A DNA stretch of 64,000 nucleotides, taken from contig CAVPWX010000019.1 in the NCBI GenBank assembly GCA_963709605.1, positions 21,120 through 85,119 of the forward strand. Reading direction: 5' to 3'. The stretch's first letter is position 1, and each line of letters begins with the position of its first letter. Shown here piece after piece: positions 7,989 to 14,857 of the stretch. The DNA is from an uncultured Chloroflexia bacterium (GTDB lineage: Bacteria; Chloroflexota; Limnocylindria; Limnocylindrales; CSP1-4). Below the pieces are notes generated by a model. The model searched no databases. It had not been told where the DNA came from and saw nothing but the letters and a program-made list of their open reading frames with translations. The position numbers were made by a program, and so were the translations under genes.

Positions 7989-8086
7989 CGGGACGAAACG
8001 GAAGCCGCCGGACGCGGGGGGGGACTCAAGATCGGGCGAGGGCGACCTCGTGGGAGTTCGAATCTTCCTCCCGGGACCAGCCTGGC
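7989..8086 (+). pseudogene. degenerate second copy of tRNA-Leu; the 3' 64 nt form a direct repeat of 5028-5091
   Basis: 8023-8086 matches 5028-5091 with 2 mismatches (anticodon loop CTCAAGA; T arm TCTTCC). The 5' half (7989-8022) is only loosely similar and cannot form the anticodon stem or acceptor stem. Confidence 0.65.
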
Positions 8087-8383
8087 AGCATCACGAACGT
8101 CAGCGGGCCCATCCGGGCGCAGGAGTGACGAGCACCACGAGCGACGAGCGTACGTCGGCCCCGGATTCGAGGCAATCCGCGGCGGACAGTCGATGAGCTG
8201 AAGAGCAGGGAGGACGAGATGACCGACGAGGAGATCATCGACCTCGTCCGGGGGTAGCCAGCCGCCCGTCTGCTGACTGTCCCGCGCCCTCGCCTCCAGT
8301 GTGGGAACGGGACCCACCCGGCGACCGGGGGTCGCTCGGCTCCTCGTGTGAACCCAGCGGTTGGCGTCGGCCTCCCGGGTGCA

Positions 8384-8911
8384 CTACCCCTCCAATCGGG
8401 GGAGCGCCGCTTCGGCGGGTGCGGCCGCGGGCTCCGTCGGTGCGGCGGCCGCGACGGCTTCAAGAGCCTCCTCGGTCACCTCGTGGACTTCGGGGGTGCC
8501 GCCGAGTTCGGTGAGCTTGTTGGAGATCATCGCGGCTTCCGGATCTTCCTCCACGAGGACGCCGATCGCGGCCTTGCCGCCGGCGAGCTCCGCGGCGATG
8601 CGCTCGCGGTCCGCGTCCGTCAGCCCCAGGCCCTTGTGGTGGAAATGGCCGAGGATGGCGCCGCCGACCATCCCGGCGAGCAGGGTTGGCGGCGCGACCA
8701 CGGCCAGCACGAGGCCGATGCCGGCGCCCGTCTTGCTGCTCCGCGTACCCAGCTTGTGCTCCTTGATCTGGCCGTTCTCGTCGGCGACCAGCACGCCGAC
8801 AGGTCGGGGCATGACGTTGTTGTCCTTCTCCCAGGCCATGAGCGACTTCACCGCGGCGTCGGCGGTGGCCTCGTCGGCGAAGATCCCCAAGACCATCTGG
8901 TGAGCAGCCAT
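8384..8911 (-). CDS. membrane protein resembling the DUF1269 / glycine-zipper stress-protein family
   Basis: ORF 8384-8932 with start at ATG 8909-8911, 7 nt after GGAGGA. Sequence: MAAHQMVLGIFADEATADAAVKSLMAWEKDN...GAGIGLVLAVVAPPTLLAGMVGGAILG...GKAAIGVLVEED. Confidence 0.6.
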   Translation of the reverse strand: MAAHQMVLGIFADEATADAAVKSLMAWEKDNNVMPRPVGVLVADENGQIKEHKLGTRSSKTGAGIGLVLAVVAPPTLLAGMVGGAILGHFHHKGLGLTDADRERIAAELAGGKAAIGVLVEEDPEAAMISNKLTELGGTPEVHEVTEEALEAVAAAAPTEPAAAPAEAALPRLEG

Positions 8912-9121
8912 TCCAAGATCCTCCGATCTCATTGTCCGTCGGAGTCGTCAGCCAGCCGCGGCGGTGATGAAGGGGACTCCCGGGCGCATCACGCAATCCC
9001 GGACAGCAGGAATGCCGTTGACGGCGACAGCGGAATCGGTGTCATCGTCCAATGTAGGGGATACGGTCAACGAAGCCCAGACCCGCAAGCCGGGCTGCTG
9101 CAGTCAGGGCCGAGGCTAGCG

Positions 9122-9258
9122 GCGCTCCGTCCGGGGGCGGTTCGCCACGCGCCGAATGCCTGACACGCGCATATGGTCATGGACAGCGGGGGGCTCTGAC
9201 ACGCGGCCCACACCCCGGCCGCCGGGACCGCGCCGAGCCACCGGCGAGACCGGCCCGC
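9122..9258 (+). promoter_or_regulatory. conserved promoter/leader module, copy D
   Basis: Box1 variant GCGCTCCGTCCGGGGGCGGTTCGCC (9122-9146). TATGGT (9172-9177). Core GCGGGGGGCTCTGACACGCGGCCCACACCCCGGCCGCCGGGACCGCGCCGAGCCACCGGCGAGACCGGCCCGC up to 9258. Confidence 0.55.
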
Positions 9259-9758
9259 CGACGACCTCCCTCGGCAGCGGCGAGTCCACCGGCCAGCTCG
9301 ACGATCTCCGGGTCCAGGCGTAGCGAGCCCAGATCGTCCTGGATGCGATCGAGGTGCTGAAGGCGCGCCCTGACACCGACGCGCGGCAGATCGGCCTGAT
9401 GGGGATCAGCCAGGCCGGCTGGGCCATGCCCCGGGTGCTCGCGACGCACCGCCCCGCACCGGGCGCTCCGCTCTCCTCGGAGAGTTGGACGCGCACTGGG
9501 CGCCCGCGGGCCGCTGATCCCGTGAGAGACGACGCGCGTGAGCGTGCATGGGCCGCCGTGCACGACTCGATCGCCCGGATGCCGGGCTGGGCCGTGGGCC
9601 CGTCCACTCACCGCGGCGAGGGCACGACCTGGTACGTATCGGCGGTCGGCCTGCGGCGACGGGGACGGCAGGCGACACGCGAGGCGATCGCCGCAACCGA
9701 GACGACGGAGACTGCCACCCTGGGCGCCCTCGCCGTGCTGCTCGACGCCCGCGACTAG
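9259..9758 (+). pseudogene. mosaic gene remnant: internal fragment of an alpha/beta hydrolase with in-frame TAG, fused to an unrelated small C-terminal segment
   Basis: One frame reads ..LGSGESTGQLDDLRVQA-TAG(9321-9323)-RAQIVLDAIEVLKARPDTDARQIGLMGISQAGWAMP (GxSxG elbow). It then continues with ..HDSIARMPGWAVGPSTHRGEGTTWYVSAVG..TLGALAVLLDARD stop 9758. There is no N-terminus or start codon after leader copy D. Confidence 0.45.
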
Positions 9759-9898
9759 GGAACACGACCTATTGGGTCGACCCGCCGCGGACGCCCACAA
9801 TCCGAGGGCCGGCGCTGCTCCCAAAGGGGTGCCCCGTCGGCTCGGCCCCCGGCTCCGCACGGACCCACCGCTCTACTCCGGGAGGTGGGTGGGTCGGG

Positions 9899-9956
9899 GC
9901 ACCGGGCGTCCGGGGGCCGTTCGACTCTCGCCGGGCCCGAGGCCTGCTGCCACGAT
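9899..9956 (+). promoter_or_regulatory. box1 plus promoter without the structured core, copy E
   Basis: GCACCGGGCGTCCGGGGGCCGTTCGACTCTCGCC (9899-9932). TCGCCG (9928-9933), 17 nt, then CACGAT (9951-9956). A short unrelated leader follows, with a GGAGGG SD before ATG 10001. Confidence 0.5.
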
Positions 9957-10000
9957 GCGCTCACAACCAAGGGCTGGAGTGTGACGGAGGGTCGTTCTCG

Positions 10001-10279
10001 ATGTGCGCCATCCTGCTCGCCGCGCTTCTCGGGCCGCGAGCCATCAACGTGGTCTGGTGGCTGCTCGACTCGGAGCGCTGGGCCTCCACGTTCAGCGGCC
10101 CACTCGTGCCCATCCTCGGCATCCTGTTCCTGCCCTGGACGACGCTTGCCTACGTGGTGGTCGCGCAGGAGGGACTGACCGGCCTCGGGTTCGTCGTCGT
10201 CTTGATCGGGTTCTTCGCGGACGTCGGGACCTACGGCTCGAGCGCCTACACGAACAAGGACAAGATCGGCTTCAAGTAG
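10001..10279 (+). CDS. hypothetical small membrane protein (92 aa)
   Basis: ATG 10001 after a GGAGGG SD. Sequence: MCAILLAALLGPRAINVVWWLLDSERWASTFSGPLVPILGILFLPWTTLAYVVVAQEGLTGLGFVVVLIGFFADVG... It has hydrophobic helices and good GC3 bias. Confidence 0.55.
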   Translation: MCAILLAALLGPRAINVVWWLLDSERWASTFSGPLVPILGILFLPWTTLAYVVVAQEGLTGLGFVVVLIGFFADVGTYGSSAYTNKDKIGFK

Positions 10280-10460
10280 GCCTGGGTGCTCCGGTCGTGT
10301 CGGGGCCAGCCCAGCCGCCGCTCGGACGAGGTCTCTTCGGGACCCCCGCGGGGTGGGTGCGGCCGCGATAGCCCGTCACCACGGCCCCCGGCTCCGCTCC
10401 GGGCGCTTGCTCTCACCGGGAGAATCGAGATCCGGCGGCTGACGACAAGCGAATGATCTG

Positions 10461-11002
10461 GTGATGGAAGAGGACGAGACTCGAAGCGGCAACGGCGGGT
10501 CGATGCCCGTGGAGATCCAGGCCCTGATCTCCATGTTCGCCGCGGCCGTGCTGATGACGGCCGTGGCAGTCCTCGGTGTCTTCATCGCGGGCGAGCAGCC
10601 GCCGCGGCTCGTCCTCCCGGGAACGACGTGGCAGTGGACCGGCTCGACGACCGGCGCCGGTGAGGCCGAGCTCGTGGTGCCGGATCCCGCGGAGTACACG
10701 GTCCAGTTCAGCCGCGACGGCACGTACGAGGCCGCCGCCGACTGCAACCAGGTTGCCGGGACGTACCGCGTGGTTCCGGCCGGGAGGGCGGGGGCTCCAC
10801 GAACGGCCTGACGCTCGTGCCGGCTCCCGCCAGCCTCGCTTCCTGCGGCGCCGAGTCGCTGTCGGACCTGTTCCTGGAGCAGCTCGGATCGGCAAGCCGA
10901 TACGCGATCGCGGGCTCGCAGCTCACGATCACGCTCGCTCCGTCCGGCACGATGACGTTCGAGGCGGCGTCCCCGGTCGTCAGCTCCTCCCCGGGCGCCT
11001 AG
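10461..11002 (+). CDS. META (HslJ-like) domain protein with N-terminal membrane anchor; apparent -1 frameshift in a G-run at 10782-10795
   Basis: ORF 10461-10811 (..TTWQWTGSTTGAGEAELVVPDPAEYTVQFSRDGTYEAAADCNQVAGTYRVVPAG) continues in ORF 10817-11002 as GSTNGLTLVPAPASLASCGAESLSDLFLEQLGSASRYAIAGSQLTITLAPSGTMTFEAA. Together they form a complete META-domain pattern. Confidence 0.6.
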
Positions 11003-11219
11003 TGGGCACGCGGTGAGCGGGCCGCCTCACCCGGGACCTGCGCCGCCCCGGCCGGGGGCAGCGCGCCTGCCTGTGATCCCCTGTCCCGTGAGCACACCTG
11101 GGCCTGGACGACCGAGAAGGCATGGGCCGGGGACGCCCGACAGGACCCTGGATCGCGAGGCCGGGACCGGAGCGACGGCCCAACCTGCATGTCTCGTCTC
11201 GCTGGGCGAGAATTCGCGC

Positions 11220-11903
11220 ATGCAGGCGGACCGCTCTTCGCGCATCGCGTACCGCATGGTGATCGCCGCCATCGTCGGGGTGGCCACGCTGTTGCCCGGC
11301 GCAGGCACGGCCGGCAGCGCCACATTGCCGCCCGTGCTGCTGGTCCACGGGTTCCGAGGATCGCCAAGCGCCTTCGACACGATGGCCGCGCGCCTTGCTC
11401 GCGATGGTCGAGAGGTCCATGCGATCGCCCTGCCAGGCCAGGACAACATCGTCAACGCCAGGGCGATCCGCGACTTCGCCGCCGCCCATCACCTCCGGCG
11501 AGTCGACGTCGTCGCTCACAGCATGGGCGGGCTCTCGAGCCGCTGGTTCGCCAGGTACCTTCGTGGGAACATCAGCATCGCGCACTATGTCGCGCTCGGG
11601 ACACCGCAGTACGGCCTGTGGGCGACCTGCGCGGCGCCGCTCGACTACGGCGGCCAGATGTGCCCGGACGGGGCGTTCCTCCGCAAGCTGAACACCGGCG
11701 ACGACACCCCTGGAACCACCAGGTACACCTCGATCTCCAGTGCCGATGACGGAATCGTGCCAGCGTCGTCATCGCGTCTCGACGGAGGCGCCTGCCTCGT
11801 CCGCGACCGCGGCGTCACCCACGGCGGTCTCCTGTCCGACGCCCGGGTCTACCAGCAGGTCGTCCGTTCGCTGAACGGCCGCTGTCCGCCGGCGTTCGAC
11901 TGA
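11220..11903 (+). CDS. secreted alpha/beta hydrolase, lipase class 2-like
   Basis: ORF 11013-11903 with ATG 11220. Signal-like MVIAAIVGVATLLPGAGTAGS. Motifs LLVHGFRGS and the nucleophile elbow VVAHSMGGLSS. C-terminal GDDTPGTTRYTSISSADDGIVP..THGGLL (Asp/His region). Confidence 0.75.
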   Translation: MQADRSSRIAYRMVIAAIVGVATLLPGAGTAGSATLPPVLLVHGFRGSPSAFDTMAARLARDGREVHAIALPGQDNIVNARAIRDFAAAHHLRRVDVVAHSMGGLSSRWFARYLRGNISIAHYVALGTPQYGLWATCAAPLDYGGQMCPDGAFLRKLNTGDDTPGTTRYTSISSADDGIVPASSSRLDGGACLVRDRGVTHGGLLSDARVYQQVVRSLNGRCPPAFD

Positions 11904-12018
11904 CCATCGGCCTGTGGCAACGGCCCCCGATGGCCCATCGCGCCGGCGACGCCCAGAAGCGTCGGCACGACCCTTCTCCCGACGCACGAGCGAACCCGAC
12001 GACATGAGACAAGAGGCA

Positions 12019-12148
12019 TCCGGGGGCCGTTTGCCACTCGCCAGGTGCCCCTGCCCCCCCTAAGGTTGCAGGTTGGCGGGAGGCTCTGACACGCGGCCCG
12101 AACTCCGGCCGCCGGGACCGCGCCGAGCCACTGGCGAGACCGACCCGC
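12019..12148 (+). promoter_or_regulatory. conserved promoter/leader module, copy F
   Basis: Box1 from TCCGGGGGCCGTTTGCCACTCGCC (12019-12042). TCGCCA (12038-12043), 17 nt, then TAAGGT (12061-12066). 4 nt later comes the 78-nt core 12071-12148. It ends 23 nt before ATG 12172 (SD GGGAGG 12158-12163). Confidence 0.6.
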
Positions 12149-12171
12149 GGGTTGCCCGGGAGGCTTGTCTC

Positions 12172-12528
12172 ATGTCCGAGTTCGGACTCTTCGTCGGGTG
12201 GGGCCCGACGCGCGCCGGCAGAGAGGCTGCGGCGGATAGAGTGTTCGGGGAAGCGGTCGCCCACTGGAACGGGCTCAAGGCAGCCGGCGAGATCGAGAGC
12301 GTCGAGCTGGTGATCCTGGGCGCCCACGGCGGTGACCTGGCCGGCTTCGCGCTCCTCCGCGGTGATCCCGAGAAGCTGGCACGCGTCAACACGTCCCCGG
12401 AGTTCGCGCGCATCACGATGCGAGCCCAGACGTGCCTCGACAACGTCGGTGTCGTCCACGCATACGTGGACGACGGCGTCATGCGTGTCATGGGCGCCTG
12501 GCGGGAGGCGATCGCCGACCTGGTCTGA
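12172..12528 (+). CDS. hypothetical cytoplasmic protein (118 aa)
   Basis: ATG 12172 inside ORF 12073-12528. Sequence: MSEFGLFVGWGPTRAGREAAADRVFGEAVAHWNGLKAAGEIESVELVILGAHGGDLAGFALLRGDPEKL... GC3 bias is strong. I recognise no family. Confidence 0.6.
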   Translation: MSEFGLFVGWGPTRAGREAAADRVFGEAVAHWNGLKAAGEIESVELVILGAHGGDLAGFALLRGDPEKLARVNTSPEFARITMRAQTCLDNVGVVHAYVDDGVMRVMGAWREAIADLV

Positions 12529-12665
12529 CACCGAGGCCGCACAGGCTCGGATATCGGCCTCCGGCTGCGCGCCGGTCGCTCCGCTCCGCCGGGAGGCGGG
12601 ATGGGCACGTGCAGCGGGCGCCTCGGGGGCCGCCGCCTTCGGACGATGGCTACGTACATCGCGAC

Positions 12666-12806
12666 GTGCACCCGGCGTCCGGGGGCCGTTCGTCTCTCGC
12701 CATCTCGACGACCGTCGCGTACGGTGACTGGTAGCGGGAGGCTGGGGCACGCGGCCTGAACTCCGGCCGCCGGGACCATGCCGAGCCATTGGCGAGACCG
12801 ACCCGC
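12666..12806 (+). promoter_or_regulatory. conserved promoter/leader module, copy G
   Basis: Box1 GTGCACCCGGCGTCCGGGGGCCGTTCGTCTCTCGCC (12666-12701). TCGCCA (12697-12702), 17 nt, then TACGGT (12720-12725). 4 nt later comes the core 12730-12806. It ends 18 nt before ATG 12825. Confidence 0.6.
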
Positions 12807-12824
12807 GGGAAGCGAGCGATCCAG

Positions 12825-14825
12825 ATGCCCAGGTTGATGACCCGATCCACGTCCCGTCTGCGCACCCTCGCCGTCGGGCAGGCCCTCGTTCTCCTCGTCG
12901 CCCTCGGCGCGCCGATCACGGCGCTGGCGGCCGTCGACTCCGTGTCGCCGTCCTCGCTCGCCCAGGGCGCGACGAACCAGCTGGTCACGATCAACGGCTC
13001 GGGCTTCGAGAGGAGGTGCAGGACCTACAGCATCACCTTCTCCGGCAGCGGCGTGACCGCGACCGGCGTCCACCGGAGCAGCGACGCAACGATGACGGCC
13101 AGCGTCAGCGTCGCCGCGGATGCCCCTCTCGGCCCGCGCGACGTCATGGCCAGCGGCAGTGGCCGGTGCGACGGCTTCAGCTACATCGGGACCGCCAAGC
13201 TCACGGTCACCGCCGGCGGAGCGATCGCGACGAAGCTCGCGATCACCTCGATCAACCCACCGAGCCCCACTGCCGGCGCTGCCTTCAGCGTGACGGTCCA
13301 GGCGCAGGATGCCGCCGGCAGCCCGGCCACCGTCACGTCGGCCACCGGCGTCGCCCTGGGCCTCGCCGCCGGCACCGGGACGCTCGGCGGCACCCTGACC
13401 GGCACCATCGCCAACGGCACGAGCTCGGTCTCGATCTCCGGGGTCACCTACTCCAGGGCCGAGGCCGGGGTCCGCCTGACCGTCACCGGCACCAGCGGCA
13501 TGACGCTGGCGTCGGGCACCAGCGCGGCCTTCAGCGTCGTCGCGGGGTTCACGAGGCTGCAGCTGCTCGTCCCCGGCGAGCGGGCCGCCCCCGGCACGCC
13601 CTCCGGCAAGACCGGCACCCCGACCGCGCAGACGGCCGGCACCGCGTTCACCGTCACCGTCAACGCGGTCGACGCGAACTGGAACGTCGTGAGCTCGACC
13701 CACACGGTCGCGATCACCTCGAGCGACCTCAACGCCACCCCGCCCGCCAACGCCGCCCTCGCGGCCGGCACCAGGACGTTCAGCGTCACCCTCAAGACGG
13801 CCGGCAGCCGGACCGTCACCGCGACGGACGTCACCGACGCCACGAAGACCGCGAGCACAAGCCCCCCGATCACCGTCAACCCGGGCCCGTTCACCAAGCT
13901 CCAGCTGCTCGTCCCGGGCGAGACCGCCGCGCCGGGCACGGCAACCGGCAAGACGGGCGTCCCGACCACCCAGGCGGCAGGCGTCCCGTTCACCGTGACC
14001 GTCAACGCGGTCGACGCGAACTGGAACGTCGCGAGCTCGACCCACACCGTCGGGATCACCTCGAGCGACGCCGCCGCGACCCTTCCCGCGAACGCGACCC
14101 TCGCGGCCGGCACGAGGACGTTCGGCGTCATCCTCAACACGGCCGGCAGCCGGACCGTCACCGCCACGGACGTCACCGACAGGGCCAAGACGGCCAGCAC
14201 CAGCCCCCCGATCTCGGTCGTCTCGCCCGCCACGCTCTCGCTGACCCGCTCAAGGGGGATGGTCGCGTACGGCGAGACGGTCGGCTTCTTCGTGCAGCTC
14301 GGGCCGAACGGGGGGAACAGGTCGGTCGTCCTCGAGTACGCGAGCGTCGGCACCCCCTGGACGACGATCGCCAGCCTGGTGACCAACGCGGCGGGCGCTG
14401 CCGCCTTCACGTACGCGCCGACGCGGACCGGGTGGGTCCGGGCCCGCTTTGCTGGCGCGGCGGATCTCGGCGCCGCGACCAGCTGGCTCTGGCTCATCGG
14501 CGTCCGCCAGGTCGTGACCCTCGCACCGAGCCACACGGGTGTGATGACGATCGCCCAGGGGCGCTCGATCACGTTCCGCTCCACGGTCAGCCCGCTTCGG
14601 CCGGACCTCCTGCCGTCGGTCGTGACGTTCCGCTTCTACCGCAACGTCGGCGGGGCCTGGGTGCTCCGCTACCAGCGGAACGTGCCCACCGACGCCGCCG
14701 GCGTCGCCCGCACCACGTTCACGTTCGGTGCCCGTGGCACCTGGTACGTCCGCGCGTTCGCGCCGCGCACGCCCTACAACTCGATCAGCCGCTCCACCCC
14801 GCGCGAGGTCTTCCGCGTGCGGTGA
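12825..14825 (+). CDS. large exported protein with tandem bacterial Ig-like domains (putative surface/adhesin-like protein)
   Basis: ORF 12789-14825; the first codons lie in leader G, so the start is set at ATG 12825. Signal-like LRTLAVGQALVLLVALGAPITALAAV. There are repeated ~100-115-aa units with AGxxFxVTVxAxDAxxN and TxTATDVTD motifs. Confidence 0.75.
   Translation: MPRLMTRSTSRLRTLAVGQALVLLVALGAPITALAAVDSVSPSSLAQGATNQLVTINGSGFERRCRTYSITFSGSGVTATGVHRSSDATMTASVSVAADAPLGPRDVMASGSGRCDGFSYIGTAKLTVTAGGAIATKLAITSINPPSPTAGAAFSVTVQAQDAAGSPATVTSATGVALGLAAGTGTLGGTLTGTIANGTSSVSISGVTYSRAEAGVRLTVTGTSGMTLASGTSAAFSVVAGFTRLQLLVPGERAAPGTPSGKTGTPTAQTAGTAFTVTVNAVDANWNVVSSTHTVAITSSDLNATPPANAALAAGTRTFSVTLKTAGSRTVTATDVTDATKTASTSPPITVNPGPFTKLQLLVPGETAAPGTATGKTGVPTTQAAGVPFTVTVNAVDANWNVASSTHTVGITSSDAAATLPANATLAAGTRTFGVILNTAGSRTVTATDVTDRAKTASTSPPISVVSPATLSLTRSRGMVAYGETVGFFVQLGPNGGNRSVVLEYASVGTPWTTIASLVTNAAGAAAFTYAPTRTGWVRARFAGAADLGAATSWLWLIGVRQVVTLAPSHTGVMTIAQGRSITFRSTVSPLRPDLLPSVVTFRFYRNVGGAWVLRYQRNVPTDAAGVARTTFTFGARGTWYVRAFAPRTPYNSISRSTPREVFRVR
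13548..14231 (+). repeat. tandem duplication of a 342-nt (114-codon) Ig-like domain unit inside CDS 12825-14825
   Basis: FTRLQLLVPGERAAPGTPSGKTGTPTAQTAGTAFTVTVNAVDANWNVVSSTHTVAITSSD... (13548-13889) versus FTKLQLLVPGETAAPGTATGKTGVPTTQAAGVPFTVTVNAVDANWNVASSTHTVGITSSD... (13890-14231). Identity is high at protein and DNA level. Confidence 0.85.
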
Positions 14826-14857
14826 CGGAAGCGGCGCCACGGTGGCGCCGCCGAGGA

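Noticed and set aside
5558-12789. Recurrent peptide ..SPVARRGPGGRS(V/S)GRVSEPPAN.. in several minus-strand ORFs (5558-5767, 6568-7347, 9116-9607, 11815-12789, 12060-14045), and RATGETDP in + strand ORFs
   Set aside because: These are translations of the repeated leader core in non-coding frames. The repeats end just before real start codons, and the flanking ORF sequence is unrelated low complexity. They are not a protein family.
5641-12806. Integron-like cassette array (modules as attC sites)
   Set aside because: I found no RYYYAAC / GTTRRRY core sites at the module ends and no integron integrase or attI nearby. The modules contain a well-spaced -35/-10 pair. Cargo genes have their own SD 18-38 nt after the module. 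A promoter/leader reading fits better, though recombination at the repeats is not excluded.
5641-12806. Modules as MITEs
   Set aside because: I could not find terminal inverted repeats at the module ends or target-site duplications. All copies have the same orientation and a fixed position relative to start codons. Random transposition would not be expected to produce that.
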